NCBI GenBank assembly: GCA_041288045.1
Contig: JBGGMM010000149.1
Span: 1-51,577 of the forward strand
DNA length: 51,577 nt
Reading direction: 5' to 3'
Source of the DNA: Pseudobdellovibrionaceae bacterium
GTDB taxonomy: Bacteria > Bdellovibrionota > Bdellovibrionia > Bdellovibrionales > Bdellovibrionaceae
The position numbers were made by a program, and so were the translations under genes. Shown here piece by piece: positions 38,259-47,548 of this stretch (within the stretch, counting starts at the first letter, position 1; each line of letters opens with the position of its first letter). Under the pieces are notes generated by a model. It worked only from the letters and a program-made list of their open reading frames with translations. It ran no database searches and was not told where the DNA came from.

Positions 38259-39404
38259 CTAACGCTTCTTCTTTTTCGCTGGCTTTGAATTCTTCAGTTC
38301 GATCTGGAATTCGGTTTGATCCAATTCCTTCTGCATTTGTTTTTTCTGCTTTTCAACGGAGGGCTCAGCTGGTTTGACCGGAGGAGCAGGTGGTGGAGGT
38401 GAAGGGGGTGTTGGTTTGTAGAAATACTCTTGATTCACGCCATCGTCTGTGGACTCTTGGAAACGACTGCTATCGTCATCGCTGGGTTCTGGATTCCAAG
38501 GTTGGGAAACAGCTTTTGCCGAGGGCAGAAAAACATAAGAAAGTCCGGCAAAAACAGTCCAACCAGAAGAAGTGCTGGTGCCTGTCAGGGAAGTTCCTCC
38601 GCCCAATTTCAAATTCCAGGCTTCGCCAATGTCGCGTTTCAACCAAAAATTGGTATCCAACAGTGAGGGGTCGACAGAGAAAAATCGCAAAGCGCCGCCG
38701 TTTGCGCTCGCCACCACTTGTCGGTCCTGAGGAGTTTCCGAATATTTGTCGTTCACCACTGTCTGATAGCCGCGAAGTTCACCACCAAGCATCCATCTGG
38801 AAATTTGAATTTCAGCTCCTAGACCGTAAGGAAGCAGATGTGAGCGGTCTTCATCCCGATACGTGAATCCAGCAAAAGCAAAAGGTCGAAAAAAACCGAA
38901 CCGGGCTCGACCAATCAAACGAGAGGTGACTTCAAGCGAACCTTCGTCATTGAGAACCAGATCTTCGCCTGTGTCCACTCGAGTGAAAGGAAGGACCAAA
39001 TAAAAGTCTGGAATCAAAGAAAAAGTTCGATTCGAATAAAGCATGAAATCAGTTCCCGCGACAGTGTGGGTGTAACTGCTGTTGGTGCGAGTGTCGATTT
39101 GATTCTTGCTCTCAGCATTGGCAATCTGGCCGCTGATATAGATCCCCCAATTGGTCTTTGGAATCCAGCGAGTGCCAAAATCAAATTGCAGCAAATTGTA
39201 AGAAGATCCAGAGGGAAGTGAATCATAGGCACTGCCACTTTTGTTGAAATTTCCGATGGCTTCGTAGTAACTGGTTTGAAATTTGAAATCCCACAGGCCT
39301 TGCTTGAATTTTCGACCTGCCTCATCAAAGAGCGGAACCTGGGCAAACGCCGACGGCAGATGGAACCAGACCAACAGAAAGAACAAAGAAACTGACAATC
39401 TCAT
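38259..39404 (-). CDS. Exported protein, probable beta-barrel with a Pro-rich and basic C-terminal tail
   Basis: Signal peptide (AFA), amphipathic beta strands ending GLSYVF, then PPSPPPPAPP and KKKKR. Confidence 0.7.
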   Translation of the reverse strand: MRLSVSLFFLLVWFHLPSAFAQVPLFDEAGRKFKQGLWDFKFQTSYYEAIGNFNKSGSAYDSLPSGSSYNLLQFDFGTRWIPKTNWGIYISGQIANAESKNQIDTRTNSSYTHTVAGTDFMLYSNRTFSLIPDFYLVLPFTRVDTGEDLVLNDEGSLEVTSRLIGRARFGFFRPFAFAGFTYRDEDRSHLLPYGLGAEIQISRWMLGGELRGYQTVVNDKYSETPQDRQVVASANGGALRFFSVDPSLLDTNFWLKRDIGEAWNLKLGGGTSLTGTSTSSGWTVFAGLSYVFLPSAKAVSQPWNPEPSDDDSSRFQESTDDGVNQEYFYKPTPPSPPPPAPPVKPAEPSVEKQKKQMQKELDQTEFQIELKNSKPAKKKKR

Positions 39405-39440
39405 GTCTTTTGATTATGCATGGAGGACGGGAGCGAGGCA

Positions 39441-40664
39441 ATGAACACAAAAAAATCTCAGATGGCCATCATCTTTTTTACGGTCTTTCTGTATTTGGTG
39501 GGCTTTGGCGTTGTCATCCCAATTGTTCCCATTTTGGCGAAAAATTTTGGTGCCAGCAGTTTGCAGGTCGGGCTTTTATTGTCCGTCTACTCTTTCATGC
39601 AGTTTCTGTTTGCGCCTTTTTGGGGGCGACTGAGCGATCGTCTAGGGCGACGTCCAGTCCTGCTCTTTTGTCTTCTTTTTGAATGCTTTTCTTACATTGC
39701 CTTTGCTCTGGCCCGAAGTCTGGAGACTTTGTTCCTAGCCCGCATGTTTGCGGGATTTTTTGGAGCGAGCATTTCAACTGCATCTGCTTACATTTCAGAT
39801 ATCACTTCTGAGAAAGAGCGATCCAAGGGAATGGCGCTGATTGGTGCTGCTTTTGGTTTGGGATTTCTCATTGGACCTGCGATGGGTGGGGGACTTGCTA
39901 TGTGGGGAGGAACGATTTCTTCAGCTCCACATTTTGACACCAGTTTTGCAGCCTATTGGGTTTCCGGCCTGTGTCTTTTGAATTTTCTCTTTGGTCTCAA
40001 ATTTCTGAAAGAATCCCTGACTGAAAAAGCCCCCCATCAGGAACAAAGACATCGAATTGCTCAGCTGATGGGATTTTTGCGCCAGGGCCTTTTGGGAAAA
40101 TTAATCGGAGTTTTCTTTTTGTCTTCATTGGCCATGTCGATGATGGAAGCCACTTTGGTTCTTTTTGTCGGAGATCGATTTCACTGGAGCATTCGCGAAG
40201 TCAGTTTTGGTTTTGCCTACATTGGGCTCATCATGGTCATCTCGCAAGGTTTTTTGGTGAGAAGGCTTTTGCCAATTTTAGGTGAGAGGCGCCTTTTGGT
40301 GATCGGCCTTTCGGCAATGACTTTGGCACTGGCGCTCATTCCAATTTCAAGCCACATCTGGATTTTAGCTGTTTCACAAACCCTTTTGGCTTTTGGCTAC
40401 AGTTTCACCAATCCCTCAACCATGGGAAGCATCAGTCTGCTTGCCAATCCTCAGGAGCAGGGAGCTGTGCTAGGGACTACCCAAGGGACTGCTTCCCTAG
40501 GGCGGATCTTGGGACCAGCATTGGGGGGATGGTTTTATCAAAGCGTCAGCATGGGGTCGCCGTTTTTCGTTGGTAGCTTTTTAGCTTTCGTGGCTTTTGC
40601 GATCATTGCTTTTCATTTTTCAGTTCTTCCCAATTCAGCTCAAATTCAAAAGGCGACTGTATGA
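39441..40664 (+). CDS. MFS transporter, DHA1/TetA-like
   Basis: Motif A GRLSDRLGRRP, motif C GAAFGLGFLIGPAMGG, about 12 TM helices. Confidence 0.92.
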   Translation: MNTKKSQMAIIFFTVFLYLVGFGVVIPIVPILAKNFGASSLQVGLLLSVYSFMQFLFAPFWGRLSDRLGRRPVLLFCLLFECFSYIAFALARSLETLFLARMFAGFFGASISTASAYISDITSEKERSKGMALIGAAFGLGFLIGPAMGGGLAMWGGTISSAPHFDTSFAAYWVSGLCLLNFLFGLKFLKESLTEKAPHQEQRHRIAQLMGFLRQGLLGKLIGVFFLSSLAMSMMEATLVLFVGDRFHWSIREVSFGFAYIGLIMVISQGFLVRRLLPILGERRLLVIGLSAMTLALALIPISSHIWILAVSQTLLAFGYSFTNPSTMGSISLLANPQEQGAVLGTTQGTASLGRILGPALGGWFYQSVSMGSPFFVGSFLAFVAFAIIAFHFSVLPNSAQIQKATV

Positions 40665-41005
40665 ACCAAGCTCTTCCCATCGGCTATTTTCAATTTGATA
40701 ATTTGATTCGCAATCGCATTCCCTTTTTGCTCTTGCGCACAAATGTCGACGTCGAATCGGCGTTTGGAGTGATGGAGAAAATGCATTTGCGAAATTACTC
40801 TCTGATCCTCAATCCTTTGGACTATGTCGAAGCCGAAGCAGCACTGAAAGAGCGGCAAGCTCGCAAAGAAGATCCCATCGTTGTCCTTTGTGATACAGGC
40901 GAAGAATCCAAAAAACTCGCTGACGAATTGGCTCGCCAAGGACACCTGAATGTCTATTTCCTGTTGGATGGCTGGAAAGCTGCTCTTGAAGAGATGAGCA
41001 AGTAA
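40661..41005 (+). CDS. Single-domain rhodanese-like protein
   Basis: PIVVLCDTGEES...NVYFLLDGW; ATGA overlap with the MFS gene. Confidence 0.75.
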   Translation: MNQALPIGYFQFDNLIRNRIPFLLLRTNVDVESAFGVMEKMHLRNYSLILNPLDYVEAEAALKERQARKEDPIVVLCDTGEESKKLADELARQGHLNVYFLLDGWKAALEEMSK

Positions 41006-41098
41006 AAACGGCACAACAATTGAACCTTTTCAGAGGTAGAATCCTCAAATGAAAGGGCGAGCTCCGCATCGGGATTGGGCTGGCCAGGCTTTTATCTG

Positions 41099-41117
41099 CT
41101 GTCAAATTTTTTGACAG
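41099..41117. promoter_or_regulatory. Palindromic operator-like site
   Basis: CTGTCAAA-TTT-TTTGACAG, perfect 8-bp arms, 27 bp upstream of the 41144 start. Confidence 0.5.
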
Positions 41118-41143
41118 GTTCATGAAGGGGATCAGGGGGTTTT

Positions 41144-41542
41144 ATGAAACATTCCTTTTTAAAAATAGCGCTGAGCTTTCTGAGCTTTTTCCTGGCTGCA
41201 ACCAGCATGGCAGACACTTCAGATGCTCCACTGGTTCGCGATGTGGTTGCTCTTTACGATACAGTTCAGGGAAAATTCAAAGTGGACCTTTACCGATCGA
41301 TGGTGGGTGAGTTTTCCAGCATGAAAATGGATCAATCCTGCCCGCAAATCAAAGTTGAAAAATTCAAAATCGTTTACTGTGTGAAAAATTCGAAAGAAAT
41401 CGAAGTGGGAACTCTGGGCAGCAAAAACGGCGTCGATGGTGGGATGACGGGTTATAGCATCCGCTGGAAGAAGGATGTCAAAATCCTCAGTTCGAGCGAT
41501 GCTGTTGATGGAGCCGTTTACTCATTGCAAGTTCGCAACTGA
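41144..41542 (+). CDS. Small exported hypothetical protein
   Basis: Signal peptide (TSMA), two Cys, AGGGGG RBS. Confidence 0.7.
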   Translation: MKHSFLKIALSFLSFFLAATSMADTSDAPLVRDVVALYDTVQGKFKVDLYRSMVGEFSSMKMDQSCPQIKVEKFKIVYCVKNSKEIEVGTLGSKNGVDGGMTGYSIRWKKDVKILSSSDAVDGAVYSLQVRN

Positions 41543-41554
41543 TTTCATTTCAGA

Positions 41555-41842
41555 TTAAAATCCCAAAATTTCTTTGATCTTTGAAAGCGAAAGAGAGCGG
41601 ATCAAAATCCGCTTCTCTCTTGATTTCTCGCCTTTGAGTAAATCGATTTGACCTTTGGGGACTCCCAGAATTTCACTGAAAAAACGAATCACTTCTTGAT
41701 TGGCTTTGCCATCGACGGGCGGAGCTTTGATTTTTATTTTCAGAAGTTCATTGTGGATCCCGACGATTTCAGATTTCGAAGCGCCGGGCTGGACATAGAG
41801 GGAGATCTGCACTCCCTCTGGTTTTTCAAGAAACACGGGCAA
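41555..41842 (-). CDS. yggU: DUF167/YggU family protein
   Basis: VQPGASK, LKIKI.APPVDGKAN, GEKSREK. Confidence 0.9.
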   Translation of the reverse strand: MPVFLEKPEGVQISLYVQPGASKSEIVGIHNELLKIKIKAPPVDGKANQEVIRFFSEILGVPKGQIDLLKGEKSREKRILIRSLSLSKIKEILGF

Positions 41843-42403
41843 TTAACGGATCTGATCGACCGAAAGCGGAGAAATCGCAGCCGATTTATGGGGGGCTTCA
41901 TTCATCGCTTTAGCTGTGTTTTCAAGATTGGTGTTCGGTAGACCAACAGTCGGCATGAATTTTTCGCCTTGCTCAATCAGTGAAAGATGCGCTTGTGCCA
42001 AAGCTTTCAGGTTGGCTTCGAACTGCATGCGAACACGTTTGAGATCTGAAATTTCCTGATAGGCTTTTTTCAAAGAGTCTCTGGAATCGCGAGTGATCAT
42101 GTCTGACTTCTGATGAGCGTCGGCAATGATCAGTTTGGCTTCGCGCTCGGCATCCGTTCGGATTCGATCCGCCATTTGGCCTGCCGTCGAGATTGTGGAT
42201 TTCAAAACATGGTCGCGCTCTTTGGAATCATTCAGTTGAACTTCGCGCTCGCGAACCATTTCTTTGAGAGTGTTGCGCTCATGGATCAAAGCTTCCATTT
42301 GATTTGCAATTTGTTGCAAAAAATCCACGACTTCGGCTTCATCCAGGCCGAACATTTTTTTATTGAAATTTTTGTGAGCAATATCAATGGGAGTGATCTT
42401 CAT
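41843..42403 (-). CDS. divIVA: DivIVA family protein
   Basis: MKITPIDIAHKNF.KKMFGL...EV.DFL N-terminal domain plus coiled coil; AAGGAGG RBS before ATG 42403. Confidence 0.93.
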   Translation of the reverse strand: MKITPIDIAHKNFNKKMFGLDEAEVVDFLQQIANQMEALIHERNTLKEMVREREVQLNDSKERDHVLKSTISTAGQMADRIRTDAEREAKLIIADAHQKSDMITRDSRDSLKKAYQEISDLKRVRMQFEANLKALAQAHLSLIEQGEKFMPTVGLPNTNLENTAKAMNEAPHKSAAISPLSVDQIR

Positions 42404-42463
42404 TGGCTTTCCCTCCTTGGATAGCAAACAGACGTCAGATCTCAACCAATAGAATACGGGGAA

Positions 42464-43294
42464 TCACTCTTCCTTCGCAAGTTCTTGGTTGCGAAGGGCT
42501 GCTTTTTCAAAGGAATAGCGGAGAGCTCTTTCGATTTCCAGTTCACGCATGGACTGAAGTCCAGCCGAGGTGATCCCTTTTTTCGAAGTCACTTTGCTTT
42601 GCAGCTCTTCGATCGGAGTTCCTTTGCTCTGCTCAGCGAGAAGCGAAGCTCCGAGAAAAGTTTCAACCACCATTTTGCGAGCGGCTTCTGGTTCAAAGCC
42701 TCTTTCGAGGATCCAATCTTGGAAATACATCATGAATTCATAAACGAAACCAGTGCCACTGGCGCAAGACACTGTGAAAGCTTCAAATTGATCTTCATCG
42801 TCCATTTTAAAAACACTGCCGAGAGGTTCGCAAAGATCCTCAACCAGAGTTTCAATACCGGCATCTTCTTTGTTGGTGACGTAAGCGAACATACCTTTTT
42901 GAATGAGAGCAGGGGTGTTGGCCATCAGCCGCACCACTCGGCACTGCGGAAGTTTTTTCTGTAAAGTTCGCAGAGTCACACCAGCGGCCAAGCTGATGAC
43001 AATTTGGCCTTCACGAAATGAAGCTGCGATGGGATCAATGGCTGCGGATAAATCCTGGGGTTTCATGGTGAGAATGACGACGTCACACTGATCAATTAAT
43101 TCTTCGTTGTTGTTGCAAGCCTGAATGCCGAAAAAATCAGTCGCTTTCTGCAATTTGCCTTCAGAACGATTGGTTCCATAAATGGATTTTGCAGCGACAG
43201 TTTTGCTTTCGATCAATCCTTTGATCATGGCTTGCGCCATATTGCCCACGCCGATAAATCCGATTTTGTAATGAATTTCCAAGCGAGACTCCAT
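42464..43294 (-). CDS. proC: Pyrroline-5-carboxylate reductase family protein
   Basis: IGFIGVGNMA, KPQ, ISLAAG, R.M.NTP. Start uncertain (43294 or 43363). Confidence 0.85.
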   Translation of the reverse strand: MESRLEIHYKIGFIGVGNMAQAMIKGLIESKTVAAKSIYGTNRSEGKLQKATDFFGIQACNNNEELIDQCDVVILTMKPQDLSAAIDPIAASFREGQIVISLAAGVTLRTLQKKLPQCRVVRLMANTPALIQKGMFAYVTNKEDAGIETLVEDLCEPLGSVFKMDDEDQFEAFTVSCASGTGFVYEFMMYFQDWILERGFEPEAARKMVVETFLGASLLAEQSKGTPIEELQSKVTSKKGITSAGLQSMRELEIERALRYSFEKAALRNQELAKEE

Positions 43295-43403
43295 TTGATT
43301 TTGAGCTGAATCTTCAGATTTTTGAGAGGATTTCTGAATGCGAGAGATCACGTTGGTCAGCACAGATTAATCATTCCTATTTTTGACTTTGATTGCAAAC
43401 AAT

Positions 43404-44066
43404 TTATGGCTTTTTGCCAGGTCTTTCGCCAAATAAAATTGTCCCTAAGCGGACAATGGTGGCGCCTTCTTCAGCAGCAACGAGGTAATCTGAGCTTGTG
43501 CCCATGGAAAGCTGTTTGAGCTGCGGCATGTTTAATGAAAATTGATCTCTCATAGAAGAAAGTTTTTTGAAAAAAGGCCTTGCATCTTCGGGATCCTCGG
43601 AAAGAGGAGGCATGGTCATCAAGCCGACGATTTCGACGGATTTCAGATTTTTGAGTTCCAAGAGGAGTGTGGAAAAATTCTCCAAAGAAAATCCGCCTTT
43701 GCTGGCTTCGCCGGCGAGGTTGAATTGCAGAAGGATCTTTTGAATCAGACCCTTCTCGGCAGCTTTTCGGTCAATTGTTTCGGCCAGAAAAAGCGAATCC
43801 ACCGAATGGATCAAGAAAAAATTGCCAACCACGAATTTGACTTTGTTTTTCTGAAGGCTTCCGATGAAGTGCCACTCAATGTCCAAATCCTTCAAGGCCT
43901 CTTGTTTCGACAGAGCTTCCTGTGCGTAATTCTCGGCGAACTTTCTTTGCCCTTGCGAGTAGAGCGTCCGGATTTTTTCCACTGACTGAAGTTTAGACAC
44001 TGCCAGAATCTGAGTCTGTGGATTTTTGTTCCGAAGCTGATTTTGAATTTCACTCAGTGCACTCAT
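43404..44066 (-). CDS. yggS: PLP homeostasis protein YggS
   Basis: LAVSK, ENYAQE, WHFIGSLQKNK, GLMTM, LSMG.S.D, VRLGTILFG. Confidence 0.95.
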   Translation of the reverse strand: MSALSEIQNQLRNKNPQTQILAVSKLQSVEKIRTLYSQGQRKFAENYAQEALSKQEALKDLDIEWHFIGSLQKNKVKFVVGNFFLIHSVDSLFLAETIDRKAAEKGLIQKILLQFNLAGEASKGGFSLENFSTLLLELKNLKSVEIVGLMTMPPLSEDPEDARPFFKKLSSMRDQFSLNMPQLKQLSMGTSSDYLVAAEEGATIVRLGTILFGERPGKKP

Positions 44067-44072
44067 ATGATT

Positions 44073-44690
44073 TTAAGATTTCAGATTCCAATCGCCCTCT
44101 CGAAGCAGGCGCTTGACTACTTCGATTGGCAATCCGACCACGTTGTCGTAAGCGCCGACAAATTTTTCAACAAACTGACCGCCAAGGCCCTGAATGCCAT
44201 AAGCACCGGCCTTGTCCAAGGGCTCACCTGTCATCACATACTCGCGGATCTCCCTTTCACCGAGAGGGCGAAAGTGAACAACTGTCGTTTCCACTGCGTG
44301 TCTCATTTTGAGACTGGCTTCATCGCCTTCTGGACCTTCGATCAGGACGACTGCTGTTTTGACTTCATGACTTCGCCCCGACAAACGGCTTAAAAATTCG
44401 ACGGCCTCGTCATCATTTTTTGGTTTTCCGAGGGGAACGCCATTGAGAATCACCAAAGTGTCAGCGGCGAGCACCAAAAAAGGCTCATTTTTCAAGGACT
44501 TATAAACTCGCCAAGAGGCTTCGGCTTTTCTTCTGGCAATAGCTAGAATCTGCTCATCAACCGTCAGGTTTTTCTCAAGACTTTCCGATACTTTAACTGA
44601 GAAAACGTGGAAGAAAAAACCGGCTCTCGCCAAGAGATCTTTGCGGCGCGGAGATTCGGAAGCAAGAATAAGTGTGCGCGATGAGCTCAT
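44073..44690 (-). CDS. maf: Maf family nucleoside triphosphate pyrophosphatase (YhdE-like)
   Basis: LILASESPRR, AADT, LGKP, LSGRSH.V.T, DKAGAYGIQ, NVVGLP. Confidence 0.95.
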   Translation of the reverse strand: MSSSRTLILASESPRRKDLLARAGFFFHVFSVKVSESLEKNLTVDEQILAIARRKAEASWRVYKSLKNEPFLVLAADTLVILNGVPLGKPKNDDEAVEFLSRLSGRSHEVKTAVVLIEGPEGDEASLKMRHAVETTVVHFRPLGEREIREYVMTGEPLDKAGAYGIQGLGGQFVEKFVGAYDNVVGLPIEVVKRLLREGDWNLKS

Positions 44691-44719
44691 GCTTTTAAAT
44701 TCACCACGAAGGATGACAA

Positions 44720-45631
44720 ATGGGAAGCGCAGAATTTTTACTGGTCGGGGGACTTTTGTGTGCGGCTTATGCTGTGTACTCGTTCGTCTTTTCGCTGATG
44801 TCCACAGGTCAGTCAGATCAAAATCTTCTGCAATGGGCTTCGGGCAATGAACCCGTCAAATCCAAATCCCAACTGGTGAACTGGTCAAGACCGCTGGTGC
44901 ACCAATTCACCCTGAAGTACGCAGTGAAATACAAAAACGAAAGTTATCGTCGTCGCTTAAACAAACTGATTCTCACTTCTGGCTTATCGAGAGAACTCAA
45001 TGCCGATGAATTTATTGGAATCCAAATTCTTTGGGGTTTGATGATCCCAGGTCTTTTTGCAATTTTGAATTTCACTTTGGAATTTGGACTTTCACAGGTT
45101 CTTTTTATTTTGATGGTTCCTTTGGGATTTGTCCTGCCAAGGTTCTATGCAAATCAACAAAGGAAAACGCGTGAAATTTCAGTTCGTGCTGATCTTCCCT
45201 TCTTTGCGGATCTTTTGGCTCTCTCGACAGAAGCGGGACTTGATTTCATTTCGGCCATTCAGCGAATCGTTGAAAAAGCAGAAGAAAGCGTTTTGGCCGA
45301 AGAGCTGGGCAATGTTCTTCGCGACATCAAGTTGGGATCGTCAAGGGCGGATGCTTTGAAAGGAATGGCGCAGCGGCTGGACATTTCTGAAATCACCAGC
45401 TTCGTCGCTGTTTTGGTGGATGCGGATTCAACTGGCGCTAGTATTGCGCAAGTTTTAAAAGATCAGTCCGAGCAGATTCGTTTGGAAAGATTCGTTCGCG
45501 CCGAAAAAGCGGGGGCCAGGGCATCTCAGATGCTTTTATTTCCAATGATGCTTTTTATTATGCCAGCGGTTTTTCTGGTTCTTTTGGGTCCAGTGATCCT
45601 ACAGTTTTTTTACGGAAGCGGTGGGAACTGA
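44720..45631 (+). CDS. tadC: Tad pilus inner-membrane platform protein TadC (T2SS F family)
   Basis: LP...DLL....EAGL.F..A, G.SR.DAL, G.SIA.VL..QS...R.ER...AEK, C-terminal LFPM..FI.P TM. Confidence 0.9.
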   Translation: MGSAEFLLVGGLLCAAYAVYSFVFSLMSTGQSDQNLLQWASGNEPVKSKSQLVNWSRPLVHQFTLKYAVKYKNESYRRRLNKLILTSGLSRELNADEFIGIQILWGLMIPGLFAILNFTLEFGLSQVLFILMVPLGFVLPRFYANQQRKTREISVRADLPFFADLLALSTEAGLDFISAIQRIVEKAEESVLAEELGNVLRDIKLGSSRADALKGMAQRLDISEITSFVAVLVDADSTGASIAQVLKDQSEQIRLERFVRAEKAGARASQMLLFPMMLFIMPAVFLVLLGPVILQFFYGSGGN

Positions 45632-45975
45632 TGGCGAAGCTTTTCAACTCGGACATGAAGCTGCTTCTTCCGGATCTGCGCAAAGCGGACCGGATGTTCA
45701 GTCGCGTGAAAGGGCTTTTGGGGACTTCGCATTTGCCTGCTGAGAGCGGTCTTTGGATTCATCCCTGCAACAGCATTCACACTTTTTTCATGAAGTACGC
45801 CATTGATTGCGTTTTCGTTGATTCTGATTTGCAAGTCAAAGCACTGGTGAAAGACATTCAGCCGGGACGAATGGTTTGGCCTGTCTGGGGGGCCCGCTCG
45901 GTGATTGAATTGAGTTCAGGTTCGATTGAGAAGTTGGGATTGAAAGTGGGAGATCAATTGCATGTGGGCGCTTAG
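45631..45975 (+). CDS. DUF192 family protein
   Basis: R.KGLLG, PCNSIHTFFM.YAID.VFVD, VIEL, LKVGD. Confidence 0.88.
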   Translation: MAKLFNSDMKLLLPDLRKADRMFSRVKGLLGTSHLPAESGLWIHPCNSIHTFFMKYAIDCVFVDSDLQVKALVKDIQPGRMVWPVWGARSVIELSSGSIEKLGLKVGDQLHVGA

Positions 45976-47548
45976 AATTCTCAACGGCCCTCAGGCCGGA
46001 CAGATCTATGTTTTGAAAACCGGTAAAAATAAAATCGGCCGGGCCGCCACATCGGATTTGCAAATCAACAGCGCCGGAGTATCCAAAGACCATTTGGAAA
46101 TCCAGCTGGCTGGCGACATCGTCCTGATCAAAGATCTGAATTCAAGCAATGGAACTTTTTTAAACGGAGTTCGCATCCAAGCAGGTGCACTGAAAGTCGG
46201 TGACAAGGTCAATTTGAATCAAATTTTCTTTGATCTGATCCGAGCAGCTTCTTCGCACCCAGTGCCAGCACCAGCTGCAATGGCGACAGCTGCCGCAAAT
46301 TCTGAAAACGCATTGGTTCCGTTTCCTCAGGGAGCGCCTCCAGAATCAGCGCCAGCGGCCTCTTTTAAAACGCCACTTCGAATTCAGGAAAAAATAGATC
46401 GTTACCTGCACGAAGTTTTTCTCCCGGGAGTCTATCGTCTGGTCGAGGTTTTTCAATTTCGCTCGGTCATGATGGGTTTTGCCATTGTTTTTATCTTCAT
46501 GGTCACTTTGCTCTCGCTGTTTCCAATGAATCAAATCACTTCCGAGAGCATCAAAACAGAAAGCCGAAGAAGAGCTCAGACTGTGGCCAGGGCACTTGCT
46601 AACTCAAATGAAAAAGCGGTTCGCAGTGGCGACCTTTCATCCTATAGCGCCGATCTGGTCCTTCGAGATGAAGGAATCACCCATGTTTATATCATTTCAA
46701 AAGATGGCTCGATCTTGGCTCCGCCAGAAATGGTTGGATTGACTGCTAAAGAAATTGTCGGATTTGTTGCCAGCATCAAAGGCCAGAACCGCGAATTCAG
46801 CGCAGTTCTGGGCAACGGAAAAATAGCCGCCAGTGCTCCCATTTCAGTTTTCGATCCCGATGTTCAGCAGAATGTCGCCAAAGCCCATGCTGTGGTCGTG
46901 TATGACACTGGCAGTTTGAAATTTGACGATGGCCGTGCTCTGGGACTTTTCGTGCAAGTGCTGACGATTGCTTTGATTCTTGGAATTGGGCTTTTTCTTC
47001 TGATGTACAAACTGATTGAATATCCTTTCCGTCGCTTGCACAGTGAATTGGATTTGGCATTGCGTGAAGGACGTGATCATGCCCAGATTGATTTGAAATT
47101 TCCGCTTTTTCAGCAGCTGATGATCAGTATCAACAGTCTTTTGACCCGGTCTCAAGAAGGCCGAGGTGCGGGGCCAGCATCTTCGGCGGCAACTCGTGAC
47201 GAAGAGTGGAGCAATTTGCTTCAGCTCTTTGGTTATCCGGGCCTGTTGCTGTCAAAGGATTTGCAGATTTTGACTCTCAATGAAGCTTTTGAATCGCTCA
47301 CGGGAGCTCAAAGGCATTTGGTTCAGGGACAGACAATTGCTTATTTACCGGATCAAGCCTTACAGAAAAACATTGAAGAGCTGGTCAAATCAGCCCACAA
47401 CAACACACATATTCTGCATTCTGATAAATTGGATATCAGTGGACATTTGTTTCAACTTCAATGTCAGGCAATTACAGTGGCTGGAGAGGCCAGATATTAT
47501 CTGATTGGGATATCACCAGTAGAAAACGCCGAAGGGGGAGCTGCGTGA
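45962..47548 (+). CDS. FHA-domain membrane protein (FHA, TM, extracytoplasmic domain, TM, PAS-like)
   Basis: IGR, SKDH, DLNSSNGTFLNG; two TM helices; C-terminal N.AFE.LTG....V.GQ PAS-like pattern. Confidence 0.85.
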   Translation: MWALRILNGPQAGQIYVLKTGKNKIGRAATSDLQINSAGVSKDHLEIQLAGDIVLIKDLNSSNGTFLNGVRIQAGALKVGDKVNLNQIFFDLIRAASSHPVPAPAAMATAAANSENALVPFPQGAPPESAPAASFKTPLRIQEKIDRYLHEVFLPGVYRLVEVFQFRSVMMGFAIVFIFMVTLLSLFPMNQITSESIKTESRRRAQTVARALANSNEKAVRSGDLSSYSADLVLRDEGITHVYIISKDGSILAPPEMVGLTAKEIVGFVASIKGQNREFSAVLGNGKIAASAPISVFDPDVQQNVAKAHAVVVYDTGSLKFDDGRALGLFVQVLTIALILGIGLFLLMYKLIEYPFRRLHSELDLALREGRDHAQIDLKFPLFQQLMISINSLLTRSQEGRGAGPASSAATRDEEWSNLLQLFGYPGLLLSKDLQILTLNEAFESLTGAQRHLVQGQTIAYLPDQALQKNIEELVKSAHNNTHILHSDKLDISGHLFQLQCQAITVAGEARYYLIGISPVENAEGGAA

